Assembly: GCA_003971905.1 (NCBI GenBank)
Contig: RSEE01000001.1
Coordinates: 248,001-312,000, forward strand
Source: Moniliella sp. 'wahieum'
Lineage: Eukaryota
Reading direction: 5' to 3'
DNA: 64,000 nt
The position numbers and the translations under genes are program-made. Positions within the stretch are counted from its first letter, which is position 1. Each line of letters opens with the position of its first letter. The notes under the pieces are model-generated. The model was not told the origin of the DNA. It did not search any database and saw only the letters and a program-made list of their open reading frames with translations. Of this stretch, positions 1 through 12,068 are shown in pieces.

Positions 1-2240
1 CGCTCGTACATCTTGCACGCCAACCAAGTCTTGCAGGAACGGGCACATGTCCAACAACTCGGTATCATGCGGGTCGGAGAACCATGACGAGACGGGAACG
101 GCGTTGGTGGCGTGGAAAATGTACGAGGCCGGCGAGTTGTCAAGAATGATCACATCGCCTACCGGCCGGCCCAGTTGTGAGAGATCTTTGACGAGGATCC
201 CACGGTGTTGCAAGCATGATTCGCGGAATAAGCGGTGGCGAACGACGTGGTGTATGTCCAAGAGATCCAGTACAGGGTCCGCGTACTTCCCAACAGCACC
301 CAGGCCAAAGTCAGTTTCCCAGCAAACGCACACACTTGGACAAGGGGGGGAAGAGGGGGAAGCGGGGGAAGAGGGGGATGCATACCTTGCTCAACGAAGC
401 GGTAAAGACCACAATCTCAAATAATTCCCCCATCCGACGCAAAAACTCGTCCACCCCAGGCCGCTTGACCACGTACACGCTGTGCACCACCTCCTCAATC
501 TCTACCGGCACAATAAAGTCGGCATTGGGGACGAGTTTGAACGAGGAGTGGACCAAGGTCTCATCCAAGTCGAGTACGAGACACTTGCGTCCTTGGTCGA
601 CCGGAAGCAAGTCGGAAAGCAAGGGGTGCGGGTTGCCCATCTCGTCGTGAGGGATGCCTGCACCACCTTGCATGATCAACCGTTGTTCTTGCTGCTGTTC
701 CCATTGAAGCCATTGCTCATCCAGATAGGCCGCCTGGTCTTCGGACACCCCCTCCCCTTCGTCCGTCTCGTCGGCCAGGTAACTGCTGCCGCGCCGTACG
801 TCTCTCCTCCTCCTCCGACGAGACGACGGGGGCTGGAGAGGGCGTGTCTGCCATCTCCCCTGCGGGGGAGAGAGGGTGTGAGGATCCAGGCCAAGACCCT
901 GACCGACTCCTGGGTCTCCGGCTGGGACGATGCTATTGTCCTCAGGGGCTGGATCGCCGTGTGCTGCCTCTAACAATTCCACCACCGAAGAGGAGGAAGG
1001 CGTAATGGTCCGCACCGATCGATGGTCCATCTTGGGCGTTGGCGGGGCCAAGGCCGAGCCCGGCGGCATCACTGCTGCTGACAGCACATCTTCCGTTTCG
1101 TCCCTGGGCAAAACGGTGCCTCCGACGATCGCCTGGTTCCCGGCAAAGAGCGAGCTGCTACGTGAATCATGGGTCCAGCGCGAGTCAGTCGAGCGCTTGT
1201 GGCGCATCGAAGGTGCTTGGAGGTTGTAGGCCACCGAGGGCGTGGCAGGAATGGCAGGCGTGCTGGGTTCGGGGATATCGTTCAACGTTCGTGCGCGCAG
1301 AGGGATCGGCCGTGTCAACAAGGGTCGTTCTTGGTGGATGGCGCCAAGGAACTGGCGGTGGCCATGTTCTTGGACAAGGTGGATGTGCCACCTGCTGCGC
1401 TCGCTCGTCCATTTTCTTCGTCCAGCGTAGGCGTGGTCGTATCCCGTTTGCCAGGAGAAGCCGACGGCGCCGAAGTCAGGGTTTCTCCGGTCGAAAAGGT
1501 GTGCCAGAGTGGGAACCCTGGGACGTGGTGGGCCGCAGGCAGTGGAGGGCGATTGGGTAGCAGGTTGTGGGGGGGTCAGCTGCTTGCTGCCCCCTGCTGG
1601 CGGGGGCTTCTCGTGGGCGCACGATTCATTGGATGTGGGCGGGGCAGGGTCGGGAGCTGACGGATGAGCAGGTAAGGAGCAAGAACAACTTGTACCACAC
1701 CTGGCATCGGTGCCGAGAAGCGCGATGGGGGCGGGAGCGAGGGCGTGACGGGCTGAGGCAAAGGCAGAGGGAACGGTGGCCGAAGCAGGTTTTTCGCTGT
1801 CGGCGGCTAAGGACTGGTCGACGGTGGTCTGGCCTGCGACGGCCGGGGCAGAGGTATGCGTGGGCAGGGGCGATGGCCTGGGGGCCTGGGCGATGAGATG
1901 GGGAGGCGGGGGGTGGGGATCGGCGGAGGAGGTGGGGCGCAGCGGGGCATGGGGAGGAGCCTGGGGGTTGGGGGCCGAGGGGCTGAGCGGGAGCAGGAGC
2001 AGGAGAGGGGGGGGCGGTGGGGGGCAGGCCGAAGGCGTGGCGGGCGTGGCGCTGCTGCTGGAGGAAGTGTGCGCGGGCGGCGTCGGCAGCGGCGGTGACG
2101 GGGTCGGCGCCGGCGGGCACGCCGAGGGGGCGGAGGGAGCGCGCGGGTGCGGCAGCGGCAGCAGGATTAAGACGGGGCACAGCCAGCGGCAGCACCGTCT
2201 GGCCGGGCGCGACCTGCGTGATGACGTCCGCAGCGCTCAT
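1..2240 (-). CDS. PSR1: Psr1/Psr2-like CTD small phosphatase (NIF/FCP1-homology HAD domain); runs off the window's left edge
   Basis: ORF 311..1321 contains [18 protein letters not shown]...[13 protein letters not shown]...[10 protein letters not shown] (DxDxT motif). GT..AG intron at 286..385, then [10 protein letters not shown]...[10 protein letters not shown]...DNSPASY in the next exon. The low-complexity N-terminus is frameshifted and the start at 2240 is inferred. Confidence 0.85.
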
Positions 2241-3036
2241 CGGGGTGGGCGCGGGGCGATGGAGGCGAGGGGGGGGCAGAATATGCGCACGGAGTCCTCG
2301 TACGGCCACAAGCGACCGGCCGCCGACGGTGCTGGGTGGCAGTGCTAGGTGCTGCTGCTAAATGCTGCCCGCCGCTGCGCCCTGCCTGCTGCGGGCAGCA
2401 TGCACGCTGCACCATGCATCGCACGCCATGTGTCACGCATCCCACCTGGTCCCTGCGCCCCCCGCCGCTCGTGGCTGCCTCCGCTGCCTCCCCACGCGGC
2501 ACCCAGCACAGCGGCACGCTGCCGCTGTCAGGGACGGCCGGATCAGCGATGCGCCAACACTCCGCGCCGTCGGGCGCACACTCTCGCCTGTGCCCCGTGG
2601 CCGGGCGGACAGGGCACAGGCGGCGCGACACTGCGCCCTGCCGGATCGGCGCGGGCGATCGGTCGCGGGGGCCGCGTCGAGCGCACGCGGTAGTGGCGGC
2701 CAACACAACACTGCCTCCGTTTCAAATTGCAGTGCCCTCCCATCGAACCATTCATTGATGCTCACGCGCTCACGTCGATTACGTCGGCCAGGCATCATGC
2801 ATCAGCACACTCAGTGCCATCGGTACGCCGGGTGGGCTGCCCACATGTAGCCAAGGTACCGGGTACGCGCCCCCCGTCTACACGCCACGCTGTCCGCCCA
2901 CAGCGGCGCAGCCCCACGCAGGATGCAGCACATCGATCTAAGATACAAGATACACTCCTCACCCCCCGCCGTACCCCATCATCCCCTCCCTTCCTCTTTC
3001 TCGTTTTGTTTCTCTTGGTCTTCCTCTTGCACCCCT

Positions 3037-5639
3037 CTAGCCCGGCCCACCCGTCGCAGGCGACCGGGGAAAGACAAAGCGGTCAAGCTCTTGCTGCGCC
3101 GGGTTGCGCATCCGGTTCATAGGCCCCGGCACCGAGTCGCTCGAGGTAGAAGTCGCGAGCGGCGCCTGTGGGTCCTCTACTGGCACAGGTTTGCGCGCCA
3201 AGGCGGGAGATTTGGGGCGCGCGCCGCGTCGCGGTCGATAGCCCGTGTGGTGGCAGCTGTCGCTGACGCAGGTAGGCCCGTCCGGTCGGGAGATGCAGGT
3301 GCAGGCACCGGCCCAGACGGGACGGGACAGGTGCAGGAACAGGCGCAGGCACAGACACAGGCACAGCGGGCCGTTGGGCTTTGCGCGCCGCCGCCTTTTC
3401 GCGGTTGCGTTGCAAATCCAACGACCGGCCCCGGTCCACATCATCGTCCGACGAGCAAGCCCTCGGCTTCATCTTCGACCCAATCGGCCTCGGCCCAGTC
3501 TTCGGGAGTAACATGTTCCGCCTCCACCGCCGCCGGCGCCGGCGCCTGGACTGCAAACCCATCCGGCACTGCCTCCCCCCAGGCGAGAGGGGAGGCGCCG
3601 TGGCCGACACAGTCGCCATCTCGTGGCTCGAGCCACGACTGCTGGTTCGCGTAGACGAAGGCGACCGCTGCGATGCGCCGGCCAACGCCTTGCGGGAGCT
3701 TACCTGCGCACCGACGCGGCAGCCGATAAGGAGGAGCGCGACAGCCCACCACGATGACCGCCGCGTTCGGCGCGGTTGCGCTGTTCGAGCGCGGCGAGGG
3801 CGCGACGCGTCGAGGTGCTTCGTTGCATGCCAGCAGACGACGGCGGGTACGCAGCGGCGCTGTCACTGGCGGGCAAGGATGGGGGCGGGCTGGACGAACC
3901 AAAGGCGGTGCTGGGTGTAAGGGAATCGGGATGGGAGCCGCGGGGGGGCATGTGGTCCGCCTCTGTCGCCCCGCCGGCCTTTTTGCCCACTTTTTTGCTA
4001 AACAAGCTGAATCGAGCCAAGCCCGACTTGGCCTTGGCCGGAGCGACCGGTGGTGGGGAGGCAGGCGAAGAAGAAAGCTCGGCGCCCTTGGCTGCGGGGT
4101 CAGTGGGGACAGGGAGGGAGGTGCGGGTGTTGGCCTTGTTGGCCTTGGCCAGGGCCTTGGCTTGCTTGGCCCCCTGTTTTGCCTGCTTGGCATCGTGTGC
4201 TTTGACTATCTTATCGAGCGATGCCAGTTCCTTGACCAACGCCTGTTCGGCCTTGAGCCGCGCCTTGCGCTCCTTCTCCACCGCTTTTTCTCCGCTTTGG
4301 AAGGTTTGGCGTCCAACGGATCACTGGTAATCGTGCTCCCTCCCTTGGCGCTGCGCCCCGCGGCCCGGGAGCCAGGCGGGGCGGAGAGGAAATAGGAGGG
4401 ACAGGCGGACTGTCGTCGCTGCTACTCGACCCCTGGGGGCGACCGCGCGGGTGGTCGTCCAAGCTGGACCAAAAGCCGCCCTCGGCGGTGGGGGACTGAT
4501 TGGTGGCGCCGGGGGGGCGAGTGATGTGGGCAGAGGCAAAACAGGCGCATGGGGCGAGTTGGCGGCGCTCGAGGTGGGGAAGGGAGAAGCCTGGGTGGCA
4601 AGCGTGGGGACAGAAGGAAGCGGTGGCAAGCTAGGCGGCGAAGGAAGCGTGTTGGATCGGTTCTTCTTGCCCAGCAAGAGAAACCCGAGCGGAGACCGCT
4701 TGGTCTTTTTCTCTTTCCCGCCCGAATCGCCAGAGCCCCTACGATGTAAAGGGAGGGGGGGGGTGGGGGGCAGACGCCTCGGGGGCCGTCCCGTTTCCAA
4801 TAGCCGGCGACACAGATGGGATGGGGGTTGCGGAAGAAGGGTGGGATGCCGAGGGAGGGGACGGGGTGGGAGTAGATGAAATGGGGGAGGATGGGGAGGA
4901 GGCGAGGAAGGTGGAGAGCGAGCATAGGTGGCGCCACGCAAGCTCGCAGTCAGAGCCCCGTTCAAGGCCCGAATGGCTGGATCCGAGCCATCTTCGTCCA
5001 ATTGGATCAATGTCCTGCCGGAACGCACACGCGGGGGGGTGGGATTGGGAGGGGCAGAGGTGTCACTACGGGGGGGCAACGTAGAGGAGGAAAGGGGAAA
5101 GGGTGCTGGGTCGGAGGCAGTGGACGCGTCTGAGGTGGGGAGCGGGGTGGCGTCGCGCAGCGCATCGTCGACGGCGGCCTGCACAGCGTCGGGAAAGAAT
5201 ACAATGGAGCGTCGAACGGAATCATCGAGGCGAACTTCGTACGTTTTTTCTCCGCCATCGGCATCATCGGCGGTAATGACAACGTCGGGGATGGAGAAGT
5301 GGGAGCGGGCGCGCTTGTGGTTGAGGACGAGCTGGGTGGCTCCGAGCTGCTGGCGGTGGAGGGGCAAGCTCGGGTCGTCGTAATCGTAGGACTCGTCAAC
5401 AGACTCATCACAGACGCATCGAAATCGTCGTCGTTGGCGTCGTCGGCGTCGTCGGCGTCGTCGTCACCATCGTCCAGCGGCAGGGCAGACGCGACGGGGA
5501 CTGGGGGCGCGGCGCCAGGCACGTGGGCGTCGTCGGAGGGGAAGGGCTCGGGGTCGGTGTAGGCAGCGGTGTCGACGAGGCTGCCGCCAAAGCTGTCACC
5601 GAGGCTGAGGCGCAGCTGGGGGGGGCTGTGGGCGCCCAT
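3037..5639 (-). CDS. Pro/Ser-rich hypothetical protein (frameshifted in this assembly)
   Basis: Chain of overlapping minus-strand ORFs (5007..6179, 4321..5367, 3700..4281, 3083..3685, 3037..3444) with protein-like segments (MGAHSPPQLRLSLGDSFGG, IPDVVIT, coiled-coil EKERKARLKAEQALVKEL). Boundaries are approximate. Confidence 0.6.
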
Positions 5640-6425
5640 GCTGCGGCGGCGGGGAGGAGATGGGGAGAGAGGCGCAGGCTGGCGGGGCAAGTGCCTGCCA
5701 GGTGGAGCATGCGCGGGCGGTGCGCGTGCTGGGACACTGGCGCGGTGCGTGCTGCCATGCGGCTGCCTCGTCTCAGATGCTCCGCTGCTGGGCGGGGGGG
5801 CAGCCGGGGGGGGCGCAGGGCCCAGCAGTGCCCAGCACCACGCAGCACTCAACCGGGGCGGCGAGGCTGCATGCGGAGGGGTGCTGCGCAGTGCTGCGCT
5901 GTGCTGCCCGGCGCTGCGGTGATGCATGGAGCAGGGCGCTAGGGTTGCTGCAGCGCGAGGCCTGCATGGGACGCATGCGGGGCGGATGTGGGGCTGCGGC
6001 TGGTCTGCCTGGCATGCGGCTGCATCCACTGCATGCCCGGCTTCCGTGCCGGGGGACCCTCCCAGTGACCCGGTGACTAGTATGACATGTGATGTGCATG
6101 TGACCACATTCGAGGCACGGAGGCACTGAGGCACTGAGTGGCAGCGCCCCCAGTTTGGGATGGGCAAGCGCCCACGCACGAGGCCAGCCTAAGCATACAT
6201 CTTCGGATAACGATGGCTCTGGATTGGTGCGTGATGCACGCGTGATGCATACTGCATCCGTTCTATCGGCTCTGGGTACAATGCTTCTGCAGCAGTCATT
6301 CCTATCACATATCTATTCTTCAGCGCAACTCCATTGCAGTTTGAGGCCCCACCACGGCCTACAGTGGGCAACACAGCGATAGCTCTCTATGCCTGACTCC
6401 ACTTCCAGCAACCCAGTTTCATCAT

Positions 6426-6509
6426 GGGTTCGTGGTGTAGTGGTATCATGCCTCTTTAGGGTTAGTCAACTCGTAGAGGTGGTCCTCGGTTCGATCCCGG
6501 GCGGACCCC
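6426..6509 (+). tRNA. tRNA-Pro(AGG) with 12-nt intron (6462..6473)
   Basis: Cloverleaf: acceptor GGGTTCG/CGGACCC, anticodon stem CCTCT/AGAGG, loop TT-AGG-G^T, T-arm CTCGG-TTCGATC-CCGGG. A T-run (Pol III terminator) follows directly. Confidence 0.93.
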
Positions 6510-6574
6510 TTTTTGCCTTTTTCTGTCTGCACCGGTGGTTGGCTCAATTGGCACCAAGTTAATCGTCCAAAAAC

Positions 6575-6856
6575 CTATCCGAGTTGAAGTGCAACTCGCC
6601 TGGACACATATCCCACCCGCCAGCACTTGTTCAGATCATTCAGACTCTTATACGATAAACATGTAGCGCGGAACAGGCCTGTGCTGTCACTGTAGCCCAT
6701 CCCAGGCGGGACAAGAAGGACAGCATCGCCACAAGCGCCGCAATAGGAACAGAGTGTAGATGGTGAGGGGACGCAAAGAGAGGAGCCCTCCTGGGTGATC
6801 TCTGCCAAGACCAAGATGCCACATGTCAACACCGCAGCCGGCAGGACATGATGCAT
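6575..6856 (-). CDS. Possible small Cys-rich secreted protein (~93 aa)
   Basis: MHHVLPAAVLTCGILVLAE gives a hydrophobic N-terminus, followed by several Cys residues (CVP..CSYCGAC..C..C). No recognised family. Confidence 0.25.
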   Translation of the reverse strand: MHHVLPAAVLTCGILVLAEITQEGSSLCVPSPSTLCSYCGACGDAVLLVPPGMGYSDSTGLFRATCLSYKSLNDLNKCWRVGYVSRRVALQLG

Positions 6857-6987
6857 GGGGCCTGAGTCCGGAGGGCGGAAGCATGGGCAAAGGAAGATAG
6901 ACGCCTGCACGCTCTACAAGGGCGCACAACAAGGTACACCCGAACGTGTTTTACCATACGCCGATACGACCGGGTCCGCATTGAGCC

Positions 6988-7688
6988 TTACATGGCCAAC
7001 TCGGCCTGCAGGGCGCGTAGCTCGGCATCCTCGTCTTCCTCCTGAGCTTTTTGCTTACCGGGAGTGGATGTGATGGGGGTCGGGACCGAAGGGAGGGCTG
7101 GGTGGGGCACCCGTTCCGCCCCCCCAAGCGCTCGTCCAGGCCCTCCTGTTCCAGTTCATCCAGCTCTCCTTGAGCTCATCCTTGTCTGTGCGTCAGTACC
7201 TCCCTTGCGCCACTGAGGAGGGCCACCTCGTCAATGTCCTCCTGCCACTCCCGACCGGATTGGAGATGCATCGGAGATCTCGTTGGTCAAGTCCATCTGC
7301 TCCCGAATCGAGTCCATCGTAGCGTCGACCGTCAATGTTGAGCGAGCCATGGATTTGTTGAGCGCCTCGGAGCCACGCTTCATGGCCTGCATCGTCTCTA
7401 AGTTCATGTTGGCCGACTCGATCGCGTTGACCTGGGCCTCGAGCGTCATGCGCGTGCCGGCAATCCGGTCCACTCCGACTCGTATTGTTTCTTTTGACGA
7501 AGCGCCTGCGCCGCTGCCTTTTTATTCGTAGACACCAGGCCACGTGCCTTGGTTTGCTGCTCCTCAATCTTCTTGTGGAGGTGCTGCTCCTTCTTGTCGA
7601 GCATCAGTAGGTTCTCCCGCAACCCCACAATCGCATCCCGCGGCGCGGTCCGACTCCGACCTCCAAACCAAGATCCCCAGGACGACAT
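6988..7688 (-). CDS. SNF7: ESCRT-III subunit Snf7/Vps32
   Basis: MSSWGSWFGG..DAIVGLRENLLMLDKKEQHL..ALRQKKQYE; TLEAQVNAIESANMNLETMQAMK; C-terminal DAELRALQAELAM*. Contains indel frameshifts. Confidence 0.92.
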
Positions 7689-8302
7689 GATGGATGAAAC
7701 AAGCAAGTGGTGGATGGAAACGCGAACGAGGAAAAGCAAGAACAGACCAGAGGGTTCGAGGTCCAAGCCAAACAGGTCACAAGTCGTGTGCGAGTGGCGA
7801 ATGGCGGTCGGATGCCAAAGATTAGAGGCACCCCCCCCTCCCAATCAGGGCAGCGGTAACCCTAACAGGGAGCTCTATCAGTACTCGGTGTACTCAGACC
7901 CATGCCTCAGGCCCCGTGCCTCAGCCTGAGGCCTGAGATCACCGGTCACTGGTCAGCAGCACAGCCGCCTGGTACTCAGTACGAACACAAACAACACCTG
8001 CTGGAGGAATTCAGATGGTCCAGCAAAAACGAGGTTCCTACCCAGGGGGCTCGCCAGGCGTTCGGCCCCAGGCTCTTGCCCGGATCAACACACTGCTGCA
8101 GGTCTTCCACTCTGGGTGGGCCAGTAAAGAGAGCAGCGAAAGCTTAGTCTAAAAACATGTGTCACGCAGACGCCGTAAGGACAGGGGACTCAGCCCACCA
8201 CCTCGAGCAACACAGTCAGATCAGACACGTCTATACATGTGGCATGGTACGCTTGGGGGAAGCCAACCAACATAGCATTGCCCAGGGTTGACTAACAGTC
8301 GA

Positions 8303-9392
8303 TCAGGACGAATTACGCAGCCTTCTGGTCAACAGGTGCAACTTCCTCCTTGGTTTCGGATGCAAGTTCTGGCGGGGATACGGTTGGAACACCCAATCGC
8401 TCTGCCGCCAACTGGCCCAAGGCGTACCGTCCAGTGAGCAGGGCAGCCACGCCACCGCCCGCAAGCCAAGGCAGCATCTTGAACAGAGTGAAAGAAGGGC
8501 CTCCATCCAGTAGCGGAGCGCAATCAGTTCAAGGTACCCGATCACGCCCAGAAAAATCGCCTTGGGCTTCTCGCCGCCCTTGGTGATTGCAGGCCAAGGG
8601 ACGACCACTGTGAAAATAAAACATGTGAGCGTCATGTCAAAGAGCAAGAAGAGTACGAACCAGACCAACAAGCAGAGCCCAAGGCAGGCCCAGAGTCAGT
8701 GCTGCACACGCAATACTGATAATCGCAGGAGGCATAGTCTCGCTCGCCGGGATGGCAAACGTATGATGTTGGGCCGGCCATCCGTAAAAGCCATCTTCTT
8801 GAGCCCGTTTCTCTCGCGGGGTCAGAGCAGCACTTTCCTCAACAAGGATGTGGTTCGGCACAGAAATTTCGCCAAGGCTATACGCCAAGGGGGCTGACTC
8901 CCCCGCAGAACCCAGAGGAGATGGAGAGAGAGGCGCCCGCTCCCTCAAGAGAGAGGGAGGCATGCGGTCCAATCGCTACAGAGCAAGGTTGTCAGCTTCG
9001 TGGCCGCATCCAAGAGAGAAAACACGTACAACAGTGAAGCTCGCCCTGTTCCCACTCCCTTTCTTAATGGGCACTGGGGTGGAAACTTGATGCTCTGGGT
9101 GGGCCGGGTCGGCAAGAATGGCAAAGAGCTGTTCGGGTGCCTTTTGGGGTTCGTCCTCTCCAATAGAAGGATCAAACGTGCGGAATGAGATGCGCAGGAC
9201 TTCGTCGGCTTCCAGCGCAAGCGGCTGGGGCAACGACATGGTCACATCCACACCTGACTTGAACGGTTGTGTCAGGCGCGTGGCACCATCAATCGGTCGT
9301 GACCGCAAGCTTTCCGTCACGGACCTCCAGTGCGGACGCAAAGACGCTACCGCGGCAAGCACGGCCAAGGCAGTGCGGATGCGGAAGAGCAT
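8303..9392 (-). CDS. SWP1: Oligosaccharyltransferase subunit Swp1 / ribophorin II
   Basis: Signal peptide MLFRIRTALAVLAAVAS; KAPEQLFAIL; HTFAIPASETMPPAIISIACAALTLGLPWALLVGL; IFLGVIGYLELIALRYW transmembrane segments. Frameshifted. Confidence 0.75.
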
Positions 9393-9501
9393 GGCAAGGA
9401 GCGGTGGTGGTGAGCAGAGCTTGATCCAAGCGCACCCTTGCTCGGGCTTCGCCAGCGGCGTGGCAGGCTCCACGTCGCTCGCCGTGGATGACGTAATCTC
9501 G

Positions 9502-10734
9502 ATGGGCTCCTCCCTTGAATATTTCCCAGCCATAGGACCCAGACCACCACCACAGCCCCCCGCCTCGCGATGGCTACTCGAGCAGGCTCCCCCAGCGGGC
9601 GGTCGTGCCTCCGCCTCTGTTGTGGGAGAAGCATATCGCATTTGTGCGTGCCCTGGATGCCAAACGCGACGGGCTCATGTAACATGACCGAGCACTTGCG
9701 CATGAATGGCGTTACTGGGGTCTCTGTGCGCTTGCCTTGCTCGATGCTGATGACGTTTTCGCCCGAGAGGATGTCAACTTCATCCAGTCGACATATGACG
9801 ACCCAGCACGAACGGCTCCAGATTTGGCCTTGACGCAGGCGGGCGTTCCCAATCCCTTCCCCCCCTCACCTGGCGGCTTTGCCCCTTTCCCCGGCCACGA
9901 TACCCACATCCATTCAACCCTTTCGGCCATCCAGGTCCTGGCCATGAAAGATGCATGGAGGTGATTGACAAACCCTCGGTCATTCGCTGTATGTGTGCGT
10001 GCTGCTGATGCTGGTGCGTGGTGCTGACATATTCCTCTCGTACCAGACATCATGTCTCTTCGAGCAACAAGTGGGCCTTTGCGTGGCGCATTCTATGGTG
10101 ATGCGTCTCGCCGAGCACGATACACGATTCTCTACTGCGCCATCCAGGCGCTTCAGCTTCTTGGTGCCGACAAGGAATTGGAGTCGATCCGGAGGAAACC
10201 GTGTCGTATCTCCTCCAATGTCACAATTACGACGGAGGGTTTGGACCGGAAATTGGGGCAGAAGTCACAGTGCAATGGCATGGACCTGCCTTGCTGCGCT
10301 CAGCATTCTCAACGCCCTGGACCGCATTGATGCAGACCAAATCGGCGCTTGGCTCAGTGACCGGCAACTTCCCAACGGTGGCTTGAATGGCCGTCCGCAA
10401 AAATTAGAGGATGTGCTACTCCTGGTGGGTGCTCAGCTCGCTAAGCATTGTTCAGCGATTGCACTGGATTGACGGGGCCAAACTCCGTTCTTTTATCCTG
10501 TCGGCCCAGGACCCCGATCTGGGTGGCTTGGCGGACCGACCGGATAATGTGGCGGATGTGTTCCACACATTATTTGGAATTGCTGGCCTGTCCCTGTTGA
10601 CAGGACTGGACGAGGAGGTGCCTTCCACCGTGGGGAGCGTGATCGAACCGGTTGATCCGACCTATTGCTTGCCCGTCAAGCTCACTCGCCGCTTGGGCAT
10701 CGAGCGCCCCTTTCAACAATTTCGGAAACCTTAA
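9502..10734 (+). CDS. BET2: Rab geranylgeranyltransferase (GGTase II) beta subunit
   Basis: [105 protein letters not shown]. Confidence 0.92.
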
Positions 10735-11160
10735 GTTGGTCTCTACTACATACTTTTCACTCCTTTGCTGTCAAGGCAGCACCTGGAAAGTATTCGTCAA
10801 GGCTCGAATGCATCTCTTAAGTGGTGTCTGGCTTTATCGACTTTCTACTTGACTTTGGCACGTGAGGAACTGCTGTGTGGGCGTAGCTAAGGTGATGGTG
10901 GGGATGCCGCAACTAATGCAACGACCAGGAGAAGTACTGTTAGAGCCGCGGTCCAGGGCCACTCAGAGAACGGCGGGCCCCAGCAAGAGCGAAGCTTCGA
11001 GGGCATCATCAATTACTGCTGAGGTTGCCCTGTTGAATTTGTCCTGTTGAGTTTGCCCTCGCCCTGAACCGGATAAGACGAGTTTGAATCTCAAGCTTCC
11101 GTTCGTCTACCTACGCCGCCCCGACCCTCGGGGACCAGCAGGAGAGTGATTCGACTATCC

Positions 11161-12068
11161 CTATGACAACGATGGAGACCCGCGATTGTAAAGGGTTCGA
11201 GCGCCGCCATAGCTCCCTTTCAAACCCAGGCAAAACACGCGCGGGAGCATATCCATCGCTTCATCTCCCCATGTGAAGTATTTCATCAAGTAGTAGTGCA
11301 AAGTAGTGGTGCGGTGCTCGAGACCACCCCAGGTCAAGGATTGTGGGCGGGCCCGATGTCTCCATGCTCGACGCCCAAACAGAGTTGCTGGGGAGATTAT
11401 GGTGGTGGTACAGAAGCGGGAGGAAGAAACGGTATGATCGGCATCGGAGGGGGAATCTTGCGATGCCTGTTTCGAACGCTTGGCCAACATGCGCCTGAGA
11501 ATAGGTCAGCGGTCGTGCCCACAAGCAAGAGAAACAAACGTACTGGCGAGCTTGAAGAATGGCGGCCTCCTTGCGTCGACGTAATGCGTTTTCTCGCTCC
11601 TGCCGGTCCGCACTCCATCCCGACAAAACCGAAGGGATTTCACCTTGATCAACCTCCTTTCCCTTGCCCTTTTCGCCACTAGGTGAAAGACCATAGCGGG
11701 TCAATAGGTCAGGCGGGGGGTGCGCGGCTGTGTCGCGGGGGCGGTCGTAGACGTCGTCTCTCGCACCGGGGCGGGCGAAGCGGTGGGCAAGAGCCTCGGG
11801 GCAAAGGCAAGAATCCGTCACGTAAGATCCGCTCTGCGGTGGCCTGGGTGCTGCGAGAGCGGACCAAGTCGGCGCGGATGGCCGCCTCGGGGATTTGCGG
11901 GAACATGGCTTGGACCGAGGCAACCTGTTCGGCGGGCACGGCCCGGGCGCGGGCGGCAGCGGTTGCTGCGACCGAGGGAGAGCGGGAAGGGGAACCCCGC
12001 GAACAAAGACAACGAAAGAGGAGCCAGGCGACCCCGAGGGCGAGCACAGCGCCGATCGAGTCGTTCAT
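11161..12068 (-). CDS. CUE1: Cue1-like ER CUE-domain protein
   Basis: N-terminal TM (IGAVLALGVAWLLFR); CUE domain VQAMFPQIPEAAIRADLVRSRSTQATAERILRDGFLP; C-terminal WSADRQERENALRRRKEAAILQAR (Ubc7-binding-like). Probable intron ~11495..11563. The 3' end is uncertain. Confidence 0.78.

Noticed and set aside
1500..6200. Many long overlapping ORFs on both strands in GC-rich stretches
   Set aside because: Shadow ORFs caused by high GC and codon bias; no recognisable domains. The same applies to antisense ORFs over MET6, MLS1 and SCOT.
7857..7866. TAACCCTAAC as a telomerase RNA template or interstitial telomere
   Set aside because: Only ~1.5 repeat units in the SNF7 promoter; at most a telo-box-like site, with no other support.
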